Shown here one piece after another: positions 1 through 11,055 of a stretch of 64,000 bases of DNA. The notes under the pieces are model-generated. The model did not search any database. It saw only the letters and a program-made list of their open reading frames with translations, and was not told where the DNA came from. How positions within the stretch are numbered: position 1 is the first letter of the stretch; each line of letters begins with the position of its first letter. The position numbers were made by a program, and so were the translations under genes. This DNA is from Chrysomallon squamiferum (Eukaryota > Animalia > Mollusca): contig CM022679.1 in NCBI GenBank assembly GCA_012295275.1, positions 7,502,001 to 7,566,000 on the forward strand, written 5' to 3'.

Positions 1-50
1 AATAATAATTAATCTTATAATAATGGTTATTTTTAATATATGTAAAATAC

Positions 51-58
51 AAGGATAC
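51..58 (-). other. U12-type (minor spliceosome) 5' splice site of WDR61 intron 4, GT subtype
   Basis: The minus strand reads exon|GTATCCTTG directly after the ...PEGT codons, matching the U12 donor consensus RTATCCTT. The branch point and 3' end lie outside the window. Confidence 0.8.
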
Positions 59-1434
59 CAGTTCCTTCTGGGTTGATGTCAACTGACAGAACACCAAGCT
101 GGTGTCCTTCTAACACATGTCTTAGTTCTAACTTGTCATCACTCCTGAAAGATATACAAAATTACAGAAAACAGTTCACGCTAAATCTAATTTACTGGAA
201 TATTAAATCATTAATGAATTGCTAAATACTATGACAAGAAAGTTGTATGCTTTTATTCTTTCTTTATTATCATCAATGGTTGGTTTCTGTTTTCTTATTT
301 GTTTGTTTCTGGCTGGTTCATGAAATCCACTTACGGTACAAGTTTGTATCACTACAAGTAAATTCTAAGTATTAGTATTACTAATTTAGTATTTACATTT
401 CTGTTTAAAAAATAAATAACATACCATTTCCATACTTTCACTGTATCATCTAGTGAACCTGTAACAATGTTTTCAGTGCCCTCTTTTTCATTTCGTGCCC
501 AGGCACAACTCCAAATACTATCATCATGTGCTGTATAAATATGAAATTAAAATGTAAACATTGAATGAATGGGTAACTTTAACATCTAAACATCAAATGT
601 ATTGAAATCATTTTTCAAGTTTTTTTCTTTCCATCTTTATTATTATTTATTTATAACTGTTATTATTATTTTTATTTTATCATAATAATAATAATAATAA
701 TAATAATATCAATTTATAAATTTTGTATTTAATATATTAATGTTCATATACCATTTAAGAATGTTATTAAGATCTGATTATTTAAGTCATTAAGTGATAT
801 ACATTTACATATTAATTAAAATAATTTAAAATGTCAGAAATAACTTAAGAGTATTTTATTTTTATTCTGTAATTTAATTTTAAAAATAAATTATAATCTT
901 AATGTTTGTTTTGTTAAAATATTAGTACTGAACACAAATTATGAAAATTACCTTGCTCTTGCTTAAACACTATGGAATACTGAAAAATAATTAATAACGA
1001 ATATGGATTAAAAAAGAAAATTATCTATATTTTACAAATGTCAATACTATTGCAATTTTAACACATGATAAGGTACGGTGTAACTGAGGAATTAAATTAC
1101 ACAACCCTGTCATCTGCTTGGAAAATAGAGCCATATAGGCGTATATGTTATAATAATGCCAATATCATTTCAACAACAGCTTGCGTTAAATTAAATCTAT
1201 ATTCTAAAATAAATTCAGAGTTAAATATTAACGCTGCCAGAAACCGAGTAAAAACGATATAAAAATACACACGAAAACACAAAAATCTTCATTACGAATG
1301 TTTACTTTCCATTTTCAAAACTTTGCATTAGTGATGTTTATTAGTTAAAAAGAAATCGGAACAGACATATCTACATGTCATATGTAAGTGGTTTTGGACA
1401 AAAAGATATATTATAATCATAATACCGAACTCAT
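59..1434 (-). CDS. WDR61: WD40-repeat protein 61 / SKI8 (SKI and PAF1 complex subunit), 5' part; gene continues beyond the left edge
   Basis: Exons reconstructed on the minus strand: 1434-1426 (ATG AGT TCG, least certain), 979-952, 530-425 and 144-59, with GT donors, AG acceptors and consistent phases. Spliced protein: [76 protein letters not shown]. This closely matches the N-terminus of human WDR61 as I recall it ([20 protein letters not shown]...VVTGSLDDLVKVWKW...[13 protein letters not shown]). Confidence 0.93.
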
Positions 1435-2124
1435 CTTTCAGTGTACAGGATCAGCGGTTTGTTGTCCACAAAACATGTACCGATAGAGTTATTCTATATT
1501 CACCTTTGCATGGAATGGGATGAAATTTAAATATTCAAGTAAAAAGAAACTGAAATAAATTTGAAGTATCTTCTATAATAATTAATCTATTACTTTTTAA
1601 CTGTGAAGGGCATTTAAATATATTATAAACGGGAACTGAATTTTATTCAAATAATATTTTTGTATCAATCCTCTTTCGGAATAAATAACACTTTCTTTAC
1701 AATTCCGGTAGCACCTGTCATGGCGTAGGTGATGACAACAAACACTTTTGGATTACCATAATATAATGTAATTTATTTCGCTTTTAATCATTAGTTATAA
1801 AATTATTATTATAGTTTTTCTTCTCGTAGATTTTCTTTTACAAATGCATAATTGATATTTAGATTTACATTTCTGAGTTAAAAATGCAAATACTGCAATT
1901 TTGATGCGACAATCAAACGGTCTCTCCGAGTAACCATCGCTTTCAAGAATCAATTGGCAATGGTGTTGTTTACACGTTATGAAAGTTATAACTGTGAAAC
2001 GATAATATATGCATGTCACATAATGCACGGGTGGTACATTTACACTGTTAATAGCTTAATCAGTTAATGATATAACTTGAAGGACAATATAAACATGGTT
2101 ACGTTTATGATTTACCTATTGTAG
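1435..2124. promoter_or_regulatory. Shared (bidirectional) promoter region of WDR61 and TTC23-like gene
   Basis: The divergent start codons at 1434 (-) and 2133 (+) are about 700 bp apart, and CpG is locally more frequent than in the flanking introns. TTC23 coding exon 1 has an AG acceptor at 2123-2124, so a non-coding first exon probably starts in or near this interval. Transcription start sites cannot be determined. Confidence 0.6.
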
Positions 2125-2132
2125 ATTTCACT

Positions 2133-2594
2133 ATGTCTGATATAGAAGAAATATTTGAGGAAGATGTTCCAGTCATACCTGTAGTTGAGATTTCAACTAA
2201 TCATCGTAGATCATCAGGACATCAGAGATCACCACCATCACGTCACCGATCATCATCTCGATCTCGAAGATCACCATCTTACTCAGATAATGATATCTAT
2301 TCTGATGAACTTACTGAGTAAGCAGTTTTAATTTGTTTATTATCAGTATTATATTTTAAGAGTTAAATGTTAATGTTATCAGTATTATGTTCTAAGAATT
2401 AAATATTTAGTCCAGGTATGAATTATTATTGTTGTGAGGGTTCTAACATTTCCCCAACCTATTCCTTCTTAATAATATTAGAGTTGTATCCCTTCAACCA
2501 AAATGAATAATTTGAAATAAACTAATTTCTGCTTCCCAAAATGCCTGTTTGCTTGTTTTATCTTTTTTGCTTTTCTTTCTTGCTTCCATTTTAT

Positions 2595-2634
<40 letters not shown>

Positions 2635-5600
2635 TTTTTTTTTTTTTTTTTTTTGATTAATGTTATTTTTGTCTATAATACTTAAATAAACTAATGGATA
2701 TAATTTTAGGAATAATTGTTTTGTATTTTTTTTAAAAGATCTGAAGAAGATGATGATGATGAAACTGATGAAGATGAGAATGTTTCCAGTCACAGAGAAA
2801 GACACAGAGGTACTCGAGAAATAAAAACAGTGAATGGGAAACTGAAGATAGACATGACACCACCTGACATAAAACTCAGAGAATCAAACAAACGAGCTAG
2901 GAAACTGGCTTCACATGGAAAAGTAAGATGAAAACTACTATTTAAAAAAACAAAGATGAAGAAAATTATTTTACTGCATACTTAACACTAAATAACAAAT
3001 ACGTCAGGTTCGTTATTATCATCATTGTGCAGCTCTAGTGTTCCATTGTTTGGTGAAAGTTTCAGTATGTTGTTTCCACATCTTTCTTACATTATCCTCT
3101 GCCAGGTGGTTCCTTTCCAGTGTTCTTCTAGTTTGTACCTACAGTGTCAGGCTGATCTTTGTCTAGAAGATTTACCTTCAAATGATTTCCAACTGATTAA
3201 GTGATTATATGCAATGTCCATCAAGTTGTCTTTTTTCAACCAATATGCCCAGAACATGTCCAGTTTTCTCTTCAAACCTGTTCAATCACACCTGTCACCT
3301 TTATTTTCTACCTTGCCTTTGAGTCTTGATGTATGATTTTTAACATACTTGTTTTCATGCAGTTAAATAAATGTTAACAGTGCTTTGATGTACTTTTCAT
3401 ATACTTAATAATTACATTTTGAAACATGATTGTAAAATATAAAGTTGTGAATCTGTTTGCTAAAATCTGATTTTTAAATTTCAGGCTGACAAATCAATTC
3501 ATGAATATATACGATGTGTGGCTTTGGCTAGGATTGTCTATGGCAGCCATCACTGGAAATATGCAGAGAGCATCATCAACTTAGGAGAAGCTTACCTAGA
3601 TCTCAAAGGTTTATGTCTTCAAATTTTTATTAGCATTTCCTATTTAGAAAACCAGATATTTGTGAAAAGATTTTAAATAGGTTTTAATTATATATTTGAC
3701 CAAATACTGATATAATCTCTTTTTTGTTAATTTTGAATTACTTACTGTTTCTTTTCATTTTTCTGTGTTGTTATGGAGAATATGAGTAATTTTAATATCC
3801 ATCTAAATTTTGTATAAGCAACCATGTTATAGGCCCAATATCTGATTTTGTCAAACAATTCTGTCCAAGACATATCAGTGTATAATGTGTGACAGTGAAT
3901 AAAGAGTAAAATGGAGAATAAATGTCTCGAAGGTTAGTCTGGCATTAAATTTAAAATTAATTTAAAACTGTGTGATAAATAAGCTTCATTTTCAAAATAA
4001 TAATTTTAGATATAAAAACAAGTTTGATATGGGTTTTCACATAACCTTACAACATATATATGCACATATATGTATGTTTGTACAAACATGTATGCATGTA
4101 TATCATGAACATGTATATCATATATGTGTATGAACATGTATGCATCCTTTATACATGTATAGAGTATGTGAGAGTGCCTGTAATTTTTTCATAATAACAT
4201 AATGTTAATTTGTTTTATTTCAGATTATGCTGCTCAGGCAGAATATCACTCAGGAAATGCCAGAGACATCATGCTGCATGGTGTCAGCACTAGTTCATCA
4301 CAACAAGAGAAATCTGACATTTATCTCGTCTTGATTCGGGTCTTTTATACTCTTGGCAGGGCAAGCAGTGCCTTGAACAAATATCCTTGCTATAAAATAA
4401 TAGTACCTGATTTTATTACTTGAATAATGCTTTGTAATATTGTTTAATATATATTTGTCCAAATCAAGTCAAATATATATATTTTGAAAATGCATCTACA
4501 CATTTTGAAACAAATAACAGAAATATGTTTTATATGCTTCCATGTAATAGTTTTGTTGATTTTATATTTTATTATACTTTACTTTTAGACAAAAAAAAAA
4601 GAGAACCAACACTAAGACAAAACAGTGAAGACTATAATCTAACTGATTATAGTTAAAATCACAAATGTAGACAGAATTTTAACTTTCAGTTTCTCTCAGT
4701 CTCTAGATTTCATCTTGTTTTTTACATTGTGTAAGTACATTGTTATCTACTTCAAAACTAAAATCTGTCTTTCTTAAGCTTCCTTCCAGTTTTGTATAGA
4801 GAAACAACCTCTGACCACTGAGATGTACTTTTAAATCTGACGTCTAATTTACCTTCTTGTCTGCCGAAGCCTTGTAACATATTACAGGATGTAAAATGAA
4901 AAAATTGGTCATTTTGAAGTTCTGTAAGAACTTTTTTAAGGTATAGACAACAAATTACCTATCAGATTTTCTTTTATCCTAGATACCTTTTGGTGGATGG
5001 TGGTGGGGGAGAGTGGTGGTTGTATTCATATTTTAAAAGTCCTTTTGATCTTACTGTAATATTGTACAAGTTGTGTAAGCCTTGACTAATTTATGTATTC
5101 TGAAGCTGAGCAAGCCATGACAAAGGCTGAGAGGATTTTGAAGGAATGGTGCAAACTGCCATGTGTTAGAGCAGATGACAAAGAAGATTTTGAAATCAAA
5201 CTGTTTCTTGCTATGGCCAGGTATGAGAAAGAGACAAACAGACAGAAAGAGAAAAAGAGAGAATGAGAGACAGAGAGATTATTTATTTCCTTCACACACT
5301 AAACATTGTAAAGTAGATTTCATTAATAATAAATAACCATAACAAAGTTGACTGTTATGTAAAGTTAATGAGGTAATCTTGAAAAATGTTTCTTTATTTG
5401 TGATTTTTATTATTATATACTGAACATGATAATGTTGTGAGAGAATTGTTATTGAATAAACACAGAACTAGATTTCATTCTTAATTAATTTTACATGTTT
5501 AAAATTGAAAGCATCTAAAAGCATTTTCTCTGTTGTTTATTTTCTTTATTTTTTTTTTATTTTTTTTTTTTTCAATTTTAAATAATTGATAGTGTAATGG

Positions 5601-7457
5601 TAATTTAAATATTTACATTTTTATACATAAATAATATCTAAATATTACTATTAAACAGTAATATATGTTTATTCAGTATCTTCCAAAAATGAAATTTTAA
5701 CATTCATATTGTTATCATCATTATGATCATCGTCATTACTGTTACTGTGAAGTTTATCATTATTTTTCATATTTATTATGTTGTTTGTTGTAGATTATAT
5801 AGCAAACAGAAGAAATATGCTCTTGCCAGTACACAGTATGACAAAGTTATTGATCTGATGGAGAAAGGTTATGGACAGGACACTTTAGATCTCATTCCAG
5901 TTTTTCATGATTATGGAGCAATATCCTTTATATACAAATAGCATAGTGTTTTGTGTAGTAGTTTCTGCAGTATAAAATAAAATCATTGATATTCCTTACA
6001 CAGCCAAGTTCTTTTTTCACTTAGTATTACAAGAGAAGTGATCAGATTAGTTTTCAGACTCATTAAGAAATATTTTATATCAATTAGTAACAAATAAAAC
6101 ATAAACATTATTGTTTTAATCAAAAGCACTTGGATACCAGCTTTCACAATTGTGGATGGTCATGTTTAGACATTTTAAATAACAATTATTGATTATTATT
6201 GTATGTTATTGTTAAAAATCTATGTAGAACTACAAATACATTTACATTTAAAATTCACTTGTTCATTATTATTTTAAATATAGCTTTATAAATACATAAT
6301 GGAAAATGCATCAAAAATGTCAGTTTGCATGAATATTTAAATAATATTATTATTTCACCAGAAAGAAATAGTTAATCCTCTTCTGAACCAATGTCTATCC
6401 TGTACATGTTTTGTTTCATGAAGCATGAATATAAAATTTTCACAACATAATACATGTACTAAATTTTCTTAACTTTAATACCTGGAACAAAGCAAAGGTC
6501 GTCATGCCAATCATGAAAAAGCAATTGAATTGTTTCTTCAAGCCCACTCTATTGCCACTTGTCAGTAAGTATAGTTTTTAACTTTTGAAATTTTTTAAAA
6601 TTTAAATCCCATAGTCAAATTATAATAGTATCATTTCTGAAAGTATTGGGACATCATTAGTAAAAGTTAGCACCAGGAATAATTCATTTGGTTATTTATT
6701 TATTTATAACATGAAAATAACATTGCCATGGAAACAAAATCAGACTTTTATTTCAAATTTGCTATTTTCTCAGTGTTTCAGATGCTTTTTTTTTTTAGTT
6801 GTATGTGAAACAATTTAAAACAAAGAAAAGAAAAGAATAAAAGAAGGAAAATGCTAGCAATTGTACATCCATTATTTTATTGTAACTTTATTATTACTAA
6901 AGCATGATGCCTAGAAATATGTGAAAGTACACCTAAAATATATAGACTGTTTATTTTTATAGTTCTATCTAAAATGATTTCAAACAAAAGAAAAGAAAAG
7001 AAGGAAAATGCTAGCAATCGTACATCCTTATTTTATTGTAACTTTATCATTACTTAAAGCACAATGCCCAATATTTGAAAGTACACCTAAAATATATAGA
7101 CTGTTTATTGTTATTGTCTGTATTTGCTCTGATTCCAGTCACAGAGAGGGGAGTGTTGCTCTGGTTGACACAGCCCTGGCTCTAGCTCGGGCCTATGCCA
7201 GTACTGGACGTGAGGAGGCTGAAGGGTCAGCAGAAAGTTACCTCAATGAATGTCTGGGCAACTGTACAGCAGTGTACGGACCTAACCACGCTAAAACACT
7301 GGAGGTCAATGACGAACTGGCTAGACTGCTTATCAGAACCAACAGATATGATGTGAGTTCATGTTACGTAGTGTGTGCAGAAAACAGACAGCCTAATTTT
7401 TTTGTTTGAAGTAAAAATTCAGTGAGTTGTCATTGATTGGTAAAATTAAAAATGTAG

Positions 7458-7498
<41 letters not shown>

Positions 7499-9629
7499 GT
7501 TGTTATTTGTATTTGTTATTATTGTTGTTGTTGTTGTTATTATTGTTATTATTATTATTAACATTTTAATATCCCAAAAGATAATAAATATAATCTTGGT
7601 ATTTCAAACAAAATCCTAGAACTTTATTTAATCAAGAATTTAATGCTTTAATTTTTTCTACTACTTAACATTGTAATGTTGTGTTTTCAGGAGGCAATGA
7701 CAATTCTGAAATCAAGCATAAATCCAAAGTGTGAGGTGTTTGGAGATTACTCAGAGCAGGTGTCAGACACATACAAACTTATGGCCTCCATTCATCTTTC
7801 AACAGGTGACATAGAAAAAGCTTTGAGAGCTTACAAAAAGGTAAATTAACTTGGCTAGAAAATCTACTGCTCTAGTTGTGTAAAAAAAATAATCTAGTCT
7901 AAATATGTCAGATGTTAGTTGTGTGAAAAAATAAATTGACTTAGATATATCTATTATTCTAGTTGTATAAAAAATAATCTGCTCCAGATGTATCTTGCAT
8001 GTTAGCTGTGTGAAATATAATTAGCCTTGATATATATATATTACACCTGTTGTGTTTTTCCACAGTATGCATTTATTGTAATGTAAAACCTTATAAAATA
8101 GGTTAGCACTATATTATTGTTACTTTTGCACTGTAGTTATTTTTGTTGTTGTTGTTGTTGCTACCATTATTGTTATTATTATTATTATTATATCTTTCAG
8201 TGTCACACAATAGAAACTTTGGTTCTGGGTAAAAAGCACAAGAAAACCATGGACAGCCAAAGGACACTTGAAATGCTTATGGCGTATGTTCTTTTAGAAA
8301 TGTTATATATAGATATAGATGTATTGTGTGTGACTGAAGCAAAAAATGAATGTTTAATGACATCCCTCATTTTAGTATGAATAGTTACAACAGATAATAG
8401 AAATGCAATGTCTTCTATAATGATATTCTTACTTATAGCAACAAACATTCTTTTATCTGCATCTTTGTACATACACAAAAGCATCAAATGTTGTGCACTA
8501 AAGAGAGGACTGATCCTCTGATATACAGAAAGTCAGACTAGATTTTCATCTGTGTCGGCAATTTTCTTTTTTTTAAATAAAAAAGATGACAGATGTGATA
8601 TGCTTTATGCATATACTTCATTGTTTTGTTATTTAAGTGATTTGTGAAAGTGATTTTTCTGTTTTAAACAAATAAACAAAGAACAACAAGATACACTTTA
8701 ATAGTTATTAGTGCAGATTGTTTTAGATAATTCTGCATTATCTTGGTTTTTTACTTTTTTTTTTTTTTTTTTTTTTTTTCTTTTATATAATAATTCTGAT
8801 TTGGAAAGTTTAAAATACATTGTTAAAAGATTAGATGAAGTAATAATTTCATGTTGTTTATGTTAGATGAGACAGATTTTTGGGTTTGTAAAACATTCTT
8901 ATCAGGTGTAGAAATATCTGTTGATAAGCTATCACTTACAGATGTTTTTCATTTTTTAACCAACAGTTTTTAACCAACTTCAAAGAAATAATGTTTTTTA
9001 AAAGTTGCTGCTGTCAAGAATGTTGTTCTAGAAAATATATTTTTTTTATTAATTTTATTTTTTTACTTATTTGTTTTATTTTATTTTTATTTATTTTTTA
9101 TTTATTTTTTATTTATTTATTTTTTTTTTTGATACACTGCTGCATAACTTTTTTGGTCTTGTGATCTTTTTTGTTTTAAATTTTATTTTATTTTATTTTA
9201 TTTTATTTTATTTTATTTTAAATATATATATATATATATATTTATGACATTACATTTTAAATTTGAAAATAAGATGATGAAACATAAATATGTGATCAGG
9301 TTAAAATAATACTAACAATGAAAGTGGCAATATATGTCAGTTTACGAATATAAGTTTATAAATTTCAGTATTTTAGAATTAAATCTGATCCAGTTCTTTT
9401 GTTTCTGTTTTGCCTGAATTGTTTTACTGGGTTATGAAAAACAGAATTCTTTTGTTTTATGTATATATATTTTTTCTATTCTTTATTATAGTAAACTTTT
9501 TACTCTGATTTCAGGAGTCCTGGGGTTTCTCACAAATTTGTACTCAGCAAAGAAGATGAATTACAGAAAAGACCAAGATTTTCAAGTGTTGTGAAGAAAT
9601 CATCACCAATGGGGGGATACAAACCATAA
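2133..9629 (+). CDS. TTC23: Tetratricopeptide repeat protein 23-like (TTC23/TTC23L family), complete, 11 coding exons, 515 aa
   Basis: Exons: 2133-2317, 2739-2922, 3485-3608, 4224-4380, 5095-5220, 5794-5920, 6482-6564, 7139-7352, 7691-7840, 8201-8283 and 9515-9629. They total 1548 nt in one open frame ending in TAA. Motifs HEYIRCVALARIVYGSHHWKYAESIINLGEAYLDLK, LEQSKG..HEKAIELFLQAHSI and KCEVFGDYSEQVSDTYKLMA match human TTC23 as I recall it ([65 protein letters not shown]). Confidence 0.9.
3010..3320 (-). mobile_element. Decayed 3' end of an RTE-like LINE in TTC23 intron 2
   Basis: Minus-strand translation with stops and frameshifts gives KIKVTGVIEQV*RENWTCSGHIG...SWKSFEGKSSRQRSA*HCRYKLEEHWKGTTWQRIM..MWKQHTETFTKQWNTRAAQ*, followed by a short TGATGATAATAA tail. 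This resembles the W.WAGH...RGRP..RW...W......W C-terminus typical of RTE-clade ORF2. Confidence 0.7.
4381..5094 (+). other. U12-type intron 4 of TTC23 with AT-AT termini
   Basis: 5' end is ATATCCTTGC, with a branch-point box CCTTGAC at 5080-5086. The only nearby 3' end that keeps the frame and gives the homologous N-K-Y-S-E-A-E sequence is ...taatttAT|G at 5094/5095. Confidence 0.75.
5921..6481 (+). other. U12-type AT-AC intron 6 of TTC23
   Basis: 5' end is ATATCCTTTA, the branch box TTCTTAAC is at 6466-6473, and the 3' end is tttaatAC|CTG. Phase 0, joining DYGA to LEQSKG. Confidence 0.92.
6722..6735 (+). promoter_or_regulatory. Candidate RFX X-box in TTC23 intron 7
   Basis: ATTGCCATGGAAAC is a 13/14 match to the X-box GTTGCCATGGAAAC. 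Function untested. Confidence 0.35.
6818..7109 (+). repeat. Diverged ~130-bp local tandem duplication in TTC23 intron 7
   Basis: Two copies (about 6818-6955 and 6982-7109) of AAAGAAGGAAAATGCTAGCAAT.GTACATCC..ATTTTATTGTAACTTTAT...GAAAGTACACCTAAAATATATAGACTGTTTATT. Confidence 0.85.
7845..8050 (+). repeat. Degenerate ~40-bp tandem repeat in TTC23 intron 9
   Basis: The core TAGTTGTGT(G)AAAAA(A)TAA recurs four to five times. Confidence 0.55.
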
Positions 9630-10163
9630 ACCTTGTCTCCATTACATTATCATTCATCCTTTTCTTTTTTCTGTTTGTTTTTTACTTTTATATTTTAAAT
9701 TATAAAGATATCATTTATGTTAACTTTAAAAAGAAAAAAAATATTTAAAAAGTTTTACAGTCTTTTTTTTATGATAATTGTTAAAATGTAGAACTTTCTT
9801 TTTTATTACCTCATTATTTGTTACAAAAATCTTTTGTGTACATCCTGTGTTAATTTAGTAATAATAAATTAGTATATAAAAATTATAGCAGTGGAAATAT
9901 TTTAACTTTGATGGGAAGAAGATATTATTTTTATAATTCATAATCTCAGAATTAATGTATTTTTTTTTAATTATTTAATATTTATTATTTTATTTAATGT
10001 TATGATTTATACATTTTAATGAAGTAGTAAAAATATATTAATGCTGCAAGTTAAAGCCTATAGTTTTGTTATCAGTATATAATAGATACAGGTGCAAAAT
10101 AACCTCAGCTCAGTTTTTTAAATTTATTTTTTTTTTTTTTATTTATTTATTTATTATTATTAT

Positions 10164-10199
<36 letters not shown>

Positions 10200-11049
10200 A
10201 TATATTCAGTTCAAGATAAAATAAAAATATTGTATTCATAAAATTATACTTATATAATAATATATATTAATTTATTTCATAATGTCTGTGATCAACAGAA
10301 ATTAATTTATAATTTAAAGTAACTGAATATATATATATTGTCAGTTGTGTCTTAGGAAGTGATTCAGTATTTATGTTCTGTTTGTAAAGATTAACTGTTA
10401 TAATATTTTGTTTGACTGTGATAACTTTTCAATCCGGTATTTTTATAATTTTTATCAATATGTTAACTTTTGTTTATTTCAAAATATTTTAACTCATACA
10501 AACCTAGTTATTTATATAATATATTTGTTTAAACTATTAATATATGAAACCAAAAGAATAGTTAAAACATTCTATTAAAAAAGGAACCTACTGACATTGT
10601 TATAAACTAGGCTTGACTGGTCTCTAAGTCTTGTTATTGCAATGTACACAGTTGCCACTAACACATTAATAACATGTATTTTCTTAATAACATGATTTTT
10701 TTGTTTCTGATTTTGTTTATGTTAATCTGCTAATCACGATGTTAAACATGATTTAGGGTACAAAATATATATTGTATTATCCCCAAAAATTATTTGACAT
10801 ATTTTAATTTATTGATTTATTTTTATTTGTTTTGTTTTATTTTATTTTATTTATTTTCAGTTAAACAAGCAGTTAAAATAAGTTTTGATATTTCTCATAG
10901 ATAAGCAACAATAGTTATTTCCAGTTAGGTACATTTTAACTTAATTCTACTCATTGATTATTGACATTTAATTAATTCATTTCATCCGTCCTGATTTTAT
11001 ATTTCATTTTTATGGAACATAAACTTGTGTATCAATGTAAAAAAATATT

Positions 11050-11055
11050 AATAAA
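11050..11055 (+). terminator. Candidate distal polyadenylation signal of TTC23 (a proximal AATAAA is at 9863-9868)
   Basis: AATAAA followed by T-rich sequence, coinciding with the end of the CpG-depleted domain. AATAAA is common in AT-rich DNA, so this is weak. Confidence 0.3.

Noticed and set aside
1060-1135. Possible C/D snoRNA-like motifs (ATGATA...CTGA) in WDR61 intron 1
   Set aside because: They are antisense to the host gene, the C box is imperfect, and there is no terminal stem or recognisable rRNA guide.
1301-1313. Alternative WDR61 start exon ATGGAAA|GTAAAC
   Set aside because: It would end in phase 1, incompatible with the phase-0 start of exon 979-952. ATGAGTTCG|GT at 1434-1426 fits.
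7008-7138. Signal-peptide-like N-terminus of the 133-aa ORF
   Set aside because: This is intronic read-through upstream of TTC23 exon 8 (acceptor at 7137-7138), inside a local duplication.
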